Source of the DNA: Octopus sinensis
Taxonomy: Eukaryota
Length of the DNA: 64,000 bases
Direction of reading: 5' to 3'
Assembly: GCF_006345805.1 (NCBI RefSeq)
Contig: NC_043021.1
Coordinates: 23,250,001-23,314,000, forward strand
Shown here in pieces: positions 1-12,537 of this stretch. Below the pieces are notes generated by a model that was given only the letters and a program-made list of their open reading frames with translations, ran no database searches and had not been told where the DNA came from. The translations under genes were made by a program, and so were the position numbers. Position 1 is the stretch's first letter. Every line of letters starts with the position of its first letter.

Positions 1-599
1 TATTTACTTGAATAGGGTTCAAACTAAAAACATGAATAAACCACAATATGTCCGCGCAATAAATTCTGCCAAAAATTCTCTTACCTTTTTCAACAAATAT
101 TTAATATCTGCCTGTATAACAACCAGACTGCTGTCTAAGCAAGCCCCATCAAGTGTCGTCTGCTTCCTTGAAATATGGAAACAACAGACAAGAGAGATAA
201 CGTCACAGTGACATCACAGTGACGCTACAATATTGTAATTCATTTAAAAGATGACCTTTCTTCCTAAAAACCATCAATAAAAACAATGAAAGATAAATGG
301 AAATAATAATGCAAAATGTTTTTTGACATTAAAATAAATGGAACTTCATAAAAAACAATTCCATAGAAATAAAGGATTTTTTTTATTTACCTTCAACGGA
401 AAAAAAATACCAATGCAGAATTCCTGGTAAGTTGTTTGCGATGGAAAAGTTATTGGATTAAGTTCAGGGAGTTCGGATAAATTCAAAACATTTCTTTCTC
501 TCCCAGACGCATGGCCACTTTCGAAAAACAAATTTTACTTCTTCCCATTGTGCACAAACTCACCCAAATTTCTAAATTCCACTGTGACATTTTGTTCAA

Positions 600-747
600 C
601 GTGTTGTGTGTATTGTGGCGTAAGAAGCATGTTTCCCAACGATATGGCTTCGAGTTCAGTCCATCTGCGTGGCGTCTTGGACAAGTGCCCTGTACAATAG
701 TCTTGGTCTGACCAAAGCCTTGTAAATGGATTTGGTAGAAGGAAACT
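600..747 (+). mobile_element. Old tRNA-derived SINE (family B), 5' part; 3' part resumes at about 3580-3660 after the Tc1 insertion
   Basis: Diverged match to the intact family B copy at 54929-55357 (gagttcagtcc...accaaagccttgt.a.tggatttggtaga.ggaaact). Continuation gcttgacaacc lies just after the right Tc1 TIR. Confidence 0.6.
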
Positions 748-1054
748 TACAATGAACCGCAAAAGAAACGCGATTTTTTCAAATGTCATTTTTATATGGT
801 AAATTCTGGAAATTTATTTCAGTGATGCAAGTGTAAATATTTCAAGACATGCTGGTTTATGGCTGAGACCCAAATTGCAGGTAACCTTCCGACTTACCCT
901 GAAATGCGACACCAAAATGCAGCTGTGTTCAATGCTGTGAGTGACAGTCGCGAACAATTATCATGAAAACCGAAATGCACGTGCATCTCGTGGAGGCTAT
1001 GGGTACAAAATCAACTTGAATCGCGTTCCTGGTATTCATAATTTGGACACATCA

Positions 1055-1286
1055 AGGCGGCGAGTTGCCAGAATCGTTAGCACGCCGGCCGAAATGCTTA
1101 GCGGTATTTCGTCTGCCGCCACGTTCTGAGTTCAAATTCCGCCGGGGTCGACTTTGCCTTTCATCCTTTTGGGGTCGATAAATTAAGCACCAGTAATGCA
1201 CTGGGGTCGATGTAATCGACTTAATACCTATGTCTATCATTGTTTGTCCCCTCTGTGTTTAGCTCCTTGTGGTTAGTAAAGAAATA
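1055..1286 (+). mobile_element. tRNA-derived SINE family A (OK-like), copy 1 of tandem pair
   Basis: aggcggcgag...gagttcaaattcc (B-box)...gtaaagaaata, flanked by the 24-bp repeat ggtattcataatttggac(a/g)catca. Confidence 0.85.
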
Positions 1287-1310
1287 GGTATTCATAATTT
1301 GGACGCATCA

Positions 1311-1542
1311 AGGCGGCGAGCTGGCAGAATCGTTAGCACGTCGGGCGAAATATGTAGCCGTATTTCGTCTGCCGTTACGTTCTGAGTTCAAATTCCACCG
1401 AGGTAGACTTTGCCTTTCATCCTTTCGGGGTCGATAAATTAAGTACCAGTTACGCACTGGGGGCGATGTAATCGACTTAATCCGTTTGTCTGTCCTTGTT
1501 TGTCCTCTCTGTGTTTAGCCCCTTGTGGGTAGTAAAGAAATA
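1311..1542 (+). mobile_element. tRNA-derived SINE family A, copy 2 of tandem pair
   Basis: Same family as 1055-1286, flanked by the same 24-bp repeat at 1287-1310 and 1543-1566. Confidence 0.85.
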
Positions 1543-1569
1543 GGTATTCATAATTTGGACGCATCAGGT

Positions 1570-2597
1570 ATGACCCGATTGTCAGCAGCGCAGAGAGAAC
1601 AAGCCATCGGCCGATTGCAAGCAGGGCAGCATGTCCTGGTTGTTGCGAAGGCTTACAATGTCCATGTCGGCACCATCTATCGCCTGCAACAGCAATACAA
1701 CAACACCAACAGCATTGCAGACCGTGCCCGAAGAGGGCTTCCCTCGGGTGACCACGCCCAGGCAGGACCGCTTCATCGACCTGCAACACATCCGTGATCG
1801 CTTCAGACCGGCCAGCGTGACACCTCGGGGGAGACCATTGACACTGGAAAGTGACCCATCAGCGACAACACGATGCAACGTCGACTGGCCGCCAACAACC
1901 TGTGTTGCCGTCGTCCTGCTCGAGGGCCTGTCCTCACCGCCCGTCACCATCTGGCACGACTACAGTGGGTTACACAGCACCGACATTAGCGGCAGCAACA
2001 TTGGAGGTTGATGAGAGCCGGTACTGCGTTTTCTCCTCGGATGGCAGCGTGAGGTTGTGGCGTAGGAGGGGTGAACGCTACAGAGACGAACGTGTCATGG
2101 AGAGAGACGCGTGGGGTGGCCAAAGCATCATAGTTTGGAGAGCTGCAGGCCTGAATCAAAGAATTGGGCTCCATGTGTTCCAAAATGCTGGTGCAGGCAG
2201 AGGGAATGGTATCACAGCGCAGCGCTACGTTGACCGGATCCTAAGACCTTACATCGTGCCCTTCTTCGCGCGTCACCATAGCCACGTGTTCTAGCAGGAC
2301 AATGCTCCCTCCCACACGGCCAGGGTCACTATGGGCTTCCTGCGTCGGTATAACATCAGAACTATGTCGTGGACGGCTCTCAGCTCGGATTTGAACCCAA
2401 TTGAACACCTGTGGGATGAAATCCAGAGACAGCTGAATTAGGTGGTCCCAAGGCCGACAACTCGTGTGGAACTGGAAGCAGCTGTCCTCCGGTTGTGGGC
2501 ACAAGTACCAAGGGCTTTTGTGAACCGACTCATGCACTCCATGTACCGATGGCGTATGGCCGTTTTGAACACCCAGGGAGGGCATACACTGTATTGA
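1570..2597 (+). pseudogene. Tc1 (DD34E) transposase, frameshifted with in-frame stops
   Basis: Starts MTRLSAAQREQAIGRLQAG; contains WRRRGERY, WGGQSIIVW, QDNAPSHTA and WTALSSDLNPIEHLW (34 residues between D and E); ends GGHTLY*. TAG stops at 2292 and about 2439. Confidence 0.9.
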
Positions 2598-2726
2598 ACA
2601 TGTCACACCCTACAATCTCGATGTGCTGGATCCACCCACAACCAGAACACATGACAACGAACCACACACTGTAGTCAAAGTGCATCCAAGAAATTGACTT
2701 CATCAGATTTATCAAAATTTATCTCT

Positions 2727-3505
2727 TTACTCTTTTACTCTTTTACTTGTTTCAGTCATTTGACTGCTGCCATGCTGGAGCACCGCCTTTAATCGAGCAA
2801 CTCGACCCCGGGACTTATTCTTTGTAAGCCTAGTACTTATTCTATCAGTCTCTATTGCCGAACCGCTAAGTAACGGGGACGTAAAACACCAGCATCGGTT
2901 GTCAAGCAATGCTAGGGGGACAAACACAGACGCGCAAACACACACATACATATACATATATCTCTCTCTATATAACGGCAGTTTGTCTGTGCGTTTTTCT
3001 GTGTGTCTGTTTGCTTGTACCCACCCCTGACACGGCTTTCAACCGATTCTGATGAAACTTGACACACACATAGCCCAATGTCATAATTCAAAACTAACGC
3101 AGCGAAAATTTTGAAAAGTTCCCCCAGTTCTGAAAAAAATCGATAAATTCGACATGGGGTCGAGAATCAGAAACACAAACCGCAAACTGTCTAGGGACGC
3201 AACTCGACCTTTTTTAACTCTCAAAAAAAATTTACCATCATTTTTTTCCATTTTTTTGGCTATAACTCTCTAAAAATGCTTTATAGTTATTTCCCTTACA
3301 AACCTGAGCAACACCGGGCGATACTGCTAGTATATACATATATACGACAGGCTTCTTTCAGTTTCCGTCTACCAATCCACTCACATGGCTTTGATCGGCC
3401 CGAGGCTATAGTAGAAGACACTTGCCCAAGGTGCCACGCAGTGGGACTGAACCCGGAACCATGCAGTTGGTAAACAAGTTACTTACCACACAGTCACTCC
3501 TGCGC
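2727..3505 (-). mobile_element. tRNA-derived SINE family B, split by a Helitron
   Basis: 2727-2960 plus 3331-3505 reassemble into the reverse complement of the intact copy at 54929-55357. Possible TSD tatctct (2720-2726, 3506-3512). Confidence 0.85.
2961..3330 (+). mobile_element. Non-autonomous Helitron
   Basis: Begins TC after an A and ends CTAG before a T. Degenerate GC-rich hairpin cctgagcaacaccggg (3303-3318) just upstream of the end. No TSD. Absent from other family B SINE copies. Confidence 0.75.
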
Positions 3506-3980
3506 TATCTCTGACATAATGAAATTAAAACATATTTAACAGTCACACACGTCTCGCGTTTCTTTTGCAGTTCTGTGTATTTATATGTTCGTGTGTCTTT
3601 GAGACAGTGTTTCTACACTAGCACCGCTTGACAACCATGCATAGGTATGTCTGCATTAACCTTATTGTTGTTTATACTAATTTATGACAATAACTATTTC
3701 TATAACTGCAAATATTTTTATATTATGTATTAATCTTAATGGTACACTGTATTTTTCCTGTTTGATTTTTTAATGTTTTCATTATGTTTTCAATATGATA
3801 TAGAAAAATTTCTTTGTACGTTCTACTCTGATGATATTATGGCTTATAATAATTAACCAAATTAATTAAATTAAATTAAATTTGATTGATTTTATGCTAT
3901 AAATGATGAATTGAATCAATTATAGGTCTTGCCAATGTATTAATAAATTTTTATTAATCTTATCTCAATCTTCTCTCTTG

Positions 3981-4023
<43 letters not shown>

Positions 4024-4047
4024 AATATATATATATATATCTGTGTA

Positions 4048-4085
4048 TCTTTCTGTCGAAGAGCGTAGGCTCGAAACGTAAAAGA
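4048..4085 (+). ncRNA. Minimal type I hammerhead-like motif (core CUGUCGA) in a Penelope-like pLTR fragment (about 4041-4182) between (TA)n tracts
   Basis: Stem I tcttt/aaaga, core ctgtcga, stem II gagc-gtag-gctc, GAAA, palindromic ACGU stem III, GUA site. Confidence 0.6.
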
Positions 4086-4206
4086 CTTTTCTATTTCTAT
4101 TCCTGAGCGCTATACTAATACATTTGTTTGTTTGTACTCCACCTGCCTTCGTCTTTTGTTTATTTTCGTAAACTTTCCCTTTATATATATATATATATAT
4201 AATATA

Positions 4207-4238
<32 letters not shown>

Positions 4239-4273
4239 GTCTCAAAACCTCTGGACTAACAGGTGAAACGGGA

Positions 4274-4890
4274 GTGCTGACTACAAACAATTATAAAACC
4301 AAAATAATGAAAATAGGCCCCAACATCAAATGCAGAATGTGCAACCGGTACAATGAGACAGTTGACCACTTCATCTCGGGCTGCCCAGTCCTTGCCATGT
4401 CTGAATATGTATATAGACACGACAAAGTAAGCATTTATATCCATTGGACAATATGCCAACATTACAGCAAAACTGACAACAGGTGGTATTAGCGTGTGCC
4501 AAACAAGGTACAAAACAACGATCAGGCCACAAGCATCTGGGTGATGCCGGTTCAAACCAACAAAGAAATAAATGATAATCGCTCAGACATAATAATCAAG
4601 GATTGGGGGTAAAAAAACCTGCTTACTGATAGATATTGCAGTCCTTTCAGATCAAAATATTTCTCAAAAAGAAGTGGAGAAATTGTCGAAGTACAAAGAC
4701 CTCGAAATTGAAGGATTCAAGATGTGGAGCATGAAGGTTAAAAACAATACCTATATTAATTGGAGCATAGGGTATGATAAAAAATCATATGAATAAAAAC
4801 GCAGAGGCTATACCTGGATCCTCAACTCTACACACTATCCAAAAAAGATCCCTCCTAAGAACAGTCCACACCCTATGCAAGATACAACCA
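4274..4890 (+). mobile_element. 3' fragment of an RLE-type (R4/Dong-like) non-LTR retrotransposon
   Basis: CCHC knuckle CRMCNRYNETVDHFISGC, then RHDKV..IHW and RSDIII..LLIDIAV..EKLSKYKDL (restriction-like endonuclease). Stops and frameshifts present. Confidence 0.8.
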
Positions 4891-5200
4891 ATCCAATTAT
4901 AAAACTGAAACAAAACAACCCACAAATACGAGACACTCTATACAGCAATTATCCAGTGAAACAAACTTCCACCAACAATCTTAAAAAAACCAAAGCATTA
5001 CACACTCAACACAGTACAGGCAGTAACACGACAAAAGACTACACCACACCTCAAAAGGAAAAGAACTAACACAATACAGTCCTGGGAAGAGTTCGCACAC
5101 GCCCAACAGCAGAAAAGAACACACAATGCTGCACACAACCCAGCAACACGGCGGCGTAACAGGTGGTGCAGTAGAAAATAATAATAATAATAATCATAAT

Positions 5201-5240
<40 letters not shown>

Positions 5241-5268
5241 GTAATAGTAATAATAGTAATAATAATAA

Positions 5269-5299
<31 letters not shown>

Positions 5300-5354
5300 A
5301 GTAGTAATTGTAGTAGTAGTAGTAATAATAATAATAGTAATAATAATAATAATG

Positions 5355-5411
<57 letters not shown>

Positions 5412-5420
5412 GTAAAATAA

Positions 5421-5982
5421 ATGCCCTGATGCAGTACCAGGCAGTGGCTCTCATGGCTTCTGATCTTAACTGAACTGATTGGAAGTGTTATCATGTACAT
5501 TGTTTTGTCTTGGTATAAAAGATGGGCTACAGCAAATATTCTGCTCAATACCACAGATTTGCTTGTCAGTTGTTTGACCTTAACCAGTTGAGCATGTCCC
5601 TTAGTGGCTGACGATATGTGCATCTCTGATCACGAGCAGAAGTAGTGGGGGAGCATCATAGCCATGTGTTGAGAGGGATGCTTTGGGGTTTGAATAATTC
5701 ACCTCTGGAAACATGGGTGTTTCTTTCAAGATCCTTAAACAATCCTTATTCAGGGACCTTTTGAGCGGGATGGGCTACTCAACCTGAAGAAAATTCTAAC
5801 TGGGCCCCACCTGCAAGGTCATGTGCTGTTTATCTTGATATGAGATCACCATGTCGCGCGCACATATGGTTGTGATGCATGTGCCTGGTGTACCCTTATC
5901 AGACGGTAGTCATGATGGGTATATTGGGCTTCGTATATTTTACCCCAGTGTCACTTTGATGGCATGCACTGCTCTCTCACTC
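5421..5982. mobile_element. ~560-bp interspersed repeat embedded in (AAT)n, copy 1
   Basis: Near-duplicate at 6298-7186. Both copies are bounded by (AAT)n. No ORF seen. Confidence 0.7.
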
Positions 5983-6179
5983 AATAATAATAATAGTAAT
6001 AATAATAATAATAAAATAATATAATAATAATAATAAATAATAATAATAATAATAATATAATAATAATAATAGTAATAATAATAGTATAATAATAATAATA
6101 ATAATATAATAATAATAATAATAAAATAATAATAATAATAATAATAATAATAGTAATAGTAATAATAATAGTAATAATA

Positions 6180-6290
<111 letters not shown>

Positions 6291-6297
6291 GTAATAA

Positions 6298-7186
6298 TAT
6301 ACCCTGATGCAGTACTAGAGAGTGGCTTTCATGGCTTCTGATCTTAACTGATTGGAAGTGTTATCATGTACATTGTTTTGTCTTGGTATAAAAGATGGGC
6401 TACAGCAAATATTCTGCTCAATACCACAGATTTGCTTGTCAGTTGTTTGACCGTAACCAGTTGAGCAGAAGTAGTGGGGGAGCATCATAGCCGTGTGTCG
6501 AGAGGAATTCTTTGGGGTTTTTATGAATCACCTTTGGAAACATAGGTGTTTTGTTCAACAACCTTATCCAAAGCCTTATTCAGGGTCCTTTTGAGTGGGA
6601 TGGCTTACTCAACCTGAAGAAAATGAGCTGTTTATCTTGATATGAGATCACTATATCACGCACATATGGTTGTGATGCATGTGTCTGGTGTACCCTTATC
6701 AGACGCGTAGTCGTGATGGGTATTGGAGGCGCAATGGCCCAGTGGTTAGGGCAGCGGACTCGCGGTCGGAGGATCGCGGTTTCGATTCCCAGACCGGGCA
6801 TTGCGAGTGTTTATTGAGCGAAAATACCTAAAGCTCCACGAGGCTCCGGCAGGGGGTGGTGGTGAACCCTGCTGTACTCTTTCACCACAACTTTCTCTCG
6901 CTCTTTCTTCCTGTTTCTCTTGTACCTGTATTTCAAAGGGCCAGCTTTGTCACATTCTGTGTGTCACGCTGAATCTCCTCGAGAAGTACGTTAAGGCTAC
7001 ACGTGTCTGTGGAGTGCTCAGCCACTTGCACGTTAATATCACGAGCAAGCTGTTCCGTTGATCGTATCAGCTGGGACCCTCATCGTCGCAACCGACGGAG
7101 TGCTCCTACTACTACGTGATGGGTATACTGGGCTTCGTATATTTTACCTCAGTATCACTTTGATGTCTTGCACTGCTCTCTCACTC
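6298..7186. mobile_element. Same ~560-bp repeat, copy 2 (two internal deletions, interrupted by a SINE)
   Basis: Colinear with 5421-5982 once 6724-7126 is removed. Confidence 0.7.
6724..7114 (+). mobile_element. tRNA-derived SINE family C
   Basis: A-box tggcccagtggttag and B-box ggtttcgattcc; short (ctac)n tail; 12-bp TSD cgtgatgggtat (6712-6723, 7115-7126). Confidence 0.85.
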
Positions 7187-7559
7187 AATAATGATGATGA
7201 TAATAACAACAACAACAACAACAATAATAATGATAATAATTAAAAAAAATTTTTTGCACAAGGTTAGTAATTTGAGGGGAGGGGCAATTCGATTACATCG
7301 ACTGTAGTACTCGGCTGGCACTTTATTTATATCAACAACGAAAGGATGAAAGCCATAAGGCACAAGATCAGTACTTTTGGGGGAGGGTGTTAATCGATAT
7401 CGTTGATCCTAATGCTTGGACTAGTACTTATTTTATCGATCCCGAAAGATAGGAGGCTAAGTTGACCAAGGCAGAATTTGAACTTAGAACGTATGTAGTT
7501 GGAACGATTTCAGAATTTATAAATAAACAAGACAAAGCAGAATATAACACCAATAAGCA

Positions 7560-7934
7560 GCACGCTCACACACACGCACACACACACACGCACACACACG
7601 CGCGCACGTTTACATGCACACGCATACACACACACGCACGCGTACACACACACATACACACGCACGCGCACATACTTACACACGCACGCACGCACACGCA
7701 CTCACACATACACACACGCACGCGTACGCATACACGCACGCAGCCACACACACAGACACACATACACACACACGCACACACGCACGCACACGCACTCACA
7801 CACAGATGCGCACACATACACGTACGCACACACACACACTCACACACACATGCACACACACATACGCACACACACGCACACACGCACACACACACACACG
7901 CACACGCACACGGACACACGCACACACACACACT

Positions 7935-7965
<31 letters not shown>

Positions 7966-8050
7966 ACGCACACACACACACACACGCACACACACACACA
8001 CTCTCACACACACACACACTCACACACACGCACACATACACGCACACACG

Positions 8051-8082
<32 letters not shown>

Positions 8083-8095
8083 CGCACACACACAC

Positions 8096-8128
<33 letters not shown>
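7560..8128. repeat. Imperfect (CA)n microsatellite
   Basis: Direct inspection. Confidence 0.95.
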
Positions 8129-8370
8129 TTATGTAGAGCACTTTCAGAAACATTACAAACCCTGAAAGCCAAGCTAAAGCAAACTCCACACCTACCCGCG
8201 GCACACAGAATCGTGTCACGTAGTGACTGCGTGAGGTGAGGGCTTGTTTAGTCAATATATTTCAGCTCAGCTTCTACCTCTTGACAATAAACAACTTGTC
8301 TGTACAGTAACGTACAGGAACAACAAAAAAACCTGGCGTTTATTAACTGCGTAACTTTACAACAAAGCGA

Positions 8371-8458
<88 letters not shown>

Positions 8459-8462
8459 TTAT

Positions 8463-9140
8463 CTTTCATCATCTTTGTGGCTATGGCGAAAGAATGTATC
8501 TGGTGGACGCGTCTGAAAGGATTGGAGACAAACACTTTCCTCTCTGGTCAATCTCTCATCAACTTCTTCAAGTACCACTTGAAAAGGTAAGTGAGAGTAG
8601 AGAGGCAACTTTTGTCTAGCGAATGTTTTAAAAAAAGATGGGTGAATGTAGCAAGGATGGCACGTATGAATGACGAAGCCACCTTGAGCATAATCCTATG
8701 AACCCAGAAATTGAAAACAGAGGGTTACCCACTTGCAAACAAATGTGGTAACATATAACAATATTGACCAATGTCACCGTGGTCTTTTTCGTAGGCTTTT
8801 CTTCCCACGGATAAACCTTACTTGCTTTCCCCTTTACACCATACATCATAACACTGTGATACACGATCCCTATTGATCGTTTTTTTTCTTTCCCCCTTTT
8901 TTCCCCCTTTTTTCTTCTTTTTTTCATTTCTCTTTTCTTTTGTTCCTTTTCCTTTTTTCTTTCTTTTCTTTTTTTTCTTTTTTGTTCTTTTTTTCCCTTT
9001 TACGATCCCTTTTGAGCGAAAACCTACACCACCTTTTTTTTGTTTCTTTTGTTTTTTGTTTTTTTTCATCCCCCAAAAGAAAAGCTCTACCTTGTAACTT
9101 GTCCCATCTGTATGCAGCCCTGTGTGGCCAATAAAGAAAC
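8463..9140 (+). mobile_element. 5'-truncated Tx1/L1-clade LINE 3' end inserted in (TATC)n
   Basis: Encodes ...AMAKECIWWTRLKG...ARMNDEATLSIIL*; 3' UTR ends gcagccctgtgtggccaataaagaaac. Matches 25030-25659. (TATC)n on both sides. Confidence 0.8.
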
Positions 9141-9222
<82 letters not shown>

Positions 9223-9239
9223 GTCTGTCTATCTTTCTG

Positions 9240-9321
<82 letters not shown>

Positions 9322-9428
9322 GGTCTGTCTGTCTGTCTGTCTGTCTATCTGTCTGTCTGTCTGTCTATCTGTCTGTCTGTCTGCCTGCCTGCCTGTCTAC
9401 CTACCTACCTACCTACCTACCTGCCTAC

Positions 9429-9466
<38 letters not shown>

Positions 9467-9467
9467 G

Positions 9468-9538
<71 letters not shown>

Positions 9539-10028
9539 GTTATATATATAGCTCATGGACACCGGGCTTGTTTTATATATCCAAATCCGGTTTATTGACA
9601 CCTTTTTCTCCGTTTTCTTCTAATTTTCTCACGATTCTTTTCCCTTTCTTCTCTCTACCACGCGTGATATTGTTACACGTTTTTTTTTCATTCGTTTATT
9701 CTGAAATCTCACACGATGTCTTTACGACTTCCTTTTGCCTTTTCTTTACAAATGACAATAAGATGTTCTATTCAATATTTTGTATCGGATTATAGGGTAG
9801 CGCTCCTATTTACTCTCATTACGTCTACGTGACATTTTTTTCGGATTGCTGTATTTCCCTTTCGTTACAGCCAACGGACAATAAAATGCATGTCAGGAAA
9901 TCCAGAGAAGTAGTTTTTGTTGGACAACAACAAAAATATTTAATTTTATTGTTTCGCCTCTTTCTTCTTCGCGATTTTTTTGCTTAAATCTTAAAAATTA
10001 ATATTTCTAAACAGAAATATAATCATGT

Positions 10029-10444
10029 AAGGCGGCGAGCTGGCCGAACCGTTAGCACGCCGGGCGAAATGCGTAGCCGCATTTCGTCTGTCGTTACGTT
10101 CTGAGTTCAAATTCCGCTGAGGTCGACTTTGCCTTTCATCCTTTCGGGGTTGATTAAATAAGTACCAGTTATGCACTGGGGTCAATATAATCGACTTAAT
10201 CCGTTTGTCTGTCCTTGTTTGTCCTCTCTGTGTTTAGCCCCTTGTGGGTAGTAAAGAAATAGGTATTTCGTCTGTCGCTACGTTTTGTGTTCAAATTCCG
10301 CCGAGGTAGACTTTGCCTTTCATCCTTTCGGGGTCGCTTAAATAAGTACCAGTTACGCACTGGGGTCGATGTAATCGACTTAATCCGTTTGTCTGTCCTT
10401 GTTTGTCCCCTCTATGTTTAGCCCTTTGTAGGCAGTAAAAAATA
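10029..10444 (+). mobile_element. SINE family A head-to-tail dimer (full unit plus 5'-truncated unit)
   Basis: Single 16-bp TSD agaaatataatcatgt (10013-10028, 10445-10460). Second unit starts ggtatttcgtctg at 10262. Confidence 0.85.
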
Positions 10445-11189
10445 AGAAATATAATCATGTTTTGTAAGAACAATATTGATCAAACTTTAACAGCTGCACC
10501 CTAGCATAAACTTCTTCGTATGAAAAGGAGGTGGGGCGAAAATGGATAGTTTAAAATAAAATATATTTTATGCAGAATACAGCGTAAATCAAAAGAAGTG
10601 AAACAAATCTTATCACTACAAAGCCTCACTGTGGGATACATAAAAATGTAAACACAGTCCATCTGTTATATTGATATGCAGAGATAAAAGGGGTAGTCTT
10701 CTGATGGTTCGTTTCACGAATCTTTCACTGCTCATCAAAGAAGACTCATACGATTTTCTTCCCCCCTTTCGACCGCAAAGAAAATCAATCTCCTCTATAA
10801 AGCAGCCATAAATTAAGCTAGCTCCACAGGGGATGTTTTCCTCTCCTTCATTTTAAATTATTTTCTTTTTTTAATTGCCTCACTACCAATATAGATAATG
10901 GGAAACCAAGCTAATTAACCGAAACATCAGATACAAAGAGGAGGGAAATTAAACATTTAGTTTAAGAACTGTGAAAATCATGAATGATTTAACAGAAGGG
11001 CGATAGGAGCTTCTTTTTGTCATGTCTTCACAGTGGCGCTGAAAAGATTTCTTGGAGTATTCCTGTAACTGGTTCCGAGAGAGAAAGGAGAAATTGTCTC
11101 TAGCATTTGACAGGCACTTTATTAATTAATCCTGAAAGGATGAAAGGTAAATTAGACCTCGGATGAAATTATCGGAAGAGAAATTCTCC

Positions 11190-11785
11190 TAAAAGACATG
11201 GATGCGAAATTACGCCGAGCTGGGTTATGAGTTACGTCATCAGACTGAAGGACACGTGTGTCTGTGACGTCAAGCTTCTTCAGTTACAGACACCGAATTC
11301 ATCGGTCATCGCACACTAAGAACTGCCATCCTTATATGTAAGCAGTAAATAATAAATTTGCTGGCGTGTGCAAAGTTTTATCAAACTGGAATTAATAAAT
11401 TAAAGACATACTAAGCAGCGACGATTAAAATAAAGCCGTGTACATTTATATTCAACCCGTTTGTGTACACTGAAACCTGATAAGCCCTGCGTTGCGGAAA
11501 GTATGTTGTAGATACTGGTGTGTGACAACACACCGAACTGGACTATAGCTGATGTCATCGGAGTGTAGGATACGTGTTTCTGCGGCGTTACGCTTCATCA
11601 GCTACAGACACTGAGTCCGTCGTTCAAAGCCCACCAAGAACTGATGCTTTCTATATGTAAACAGCAAACAGTAAATTTGCTGGCGTATGCAAAGCTTTGC
11701 CGAGTAAGGATTGAAGGTGAACTAAGCAATGATGATTAGAATAACGTTGTGAACATCTATATTTAACGCGTTCGAGTCTCGGAGA
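11190..11785 (-). repeat. Diverged tandem pair (~318-bp period), each unit with a decayed type I hammerhead
   Basis: Shared landmarks tc(t/a)tcag at 11277/11595 and aaatttgctggcgt at 11354/11673. Hammerhead-like folds at 11246-11288 and 11564-11606 on the minus strand. Confidence 0.65.
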
Positions 11786-11872
11786 AGAAATTTTTGTATA
11801 TAATTATGTGCGAAAACATTAAATTGTAAAAGGAAAAGTGAAAGGACGAAAGGACGAAGGAAACAGAAACAG

Positions 11873-12127
11873 GTGGTGGTGGTGAACCCTACTGTACTCT
11901 TTCACCACAACTTTCTCTCGCTCTTGCTTCCTGCTTCTGTTGTGCCTGTATTTCAAAGGGGCCAGCCTTGTCACGTTCTGTGTCACGCTTAATATCCCCG
12001 AGAACTACGTTAAGGGTACACGTGTCTGTGGAGTGCTCAGCCACTTGCACGTTAATTTCACGAGCAGGCTGTTCCGTTGATCGGATCAGCTGGAACCCTC
12101 ATCGTCGAAACCGACGGAGTGCCACGA
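11873..12127 (+). mobile_element. 5'-truncated SINE family C
   Basis: Matches 6855-7103. Confidence 0.8.
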
Positions 12128-12129
12128 GT

Positions 12130-12406
12130 ACATACATGCATACATACATACATGCATACATACATACATACATTATTACATACATACATGCATACATACA
12201 TACATACATACATACATACATACATACATACATACATGCATACATACATACATACATACATACACATGCATACATACATACATAAATACATATATATATA
12301 TATATATGTGTATATATGAACACTCACACACATATATACATACACACACATGCATACATGCACACACACATACAGACACACATACATGTATATATGCATC
12401 TATGTT

Positions 12407-12443
<37 letters not shown>

Positions 12444-12479
12444 ATCATATAGATAGACCGAGAAAGAGAAAGAAATGGG

Positions 12480-12537
<58 letters not shown>

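Larger units (their letters stand above)
750..3577 (+). mobile_element. Tc1-family DNA transposon (decayed, with nested insertions)
   Basis: 24-bp TIRs caatgaaccgcaaaagaaacgcga (750-773) and the reverse complement of 3554-3577 match at 21/24 positions. TA on both flanks (748-749, 3578-3579). Internal transposase remnant. Confidence 0.9.

Noticed and set aside
1031-1566. Short direct repeats with regular spacing resembling a CRISPR array
   Set aside because: Spacers are two copies of one SINE; eukaryotic context; no cas genes.
6724-6800. tRNA-like sequence (also heads at about 26630-26706, 28690-28764 and 54929-55000)
   Set aside because: SINE heads with body, tail and TSD; no complete cloverleaf evident.
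7462-9795. HT/CV-rich and YLSI-repeat ORFs
   Set aside because: Artefacts of (CA)n and (TATC)n.
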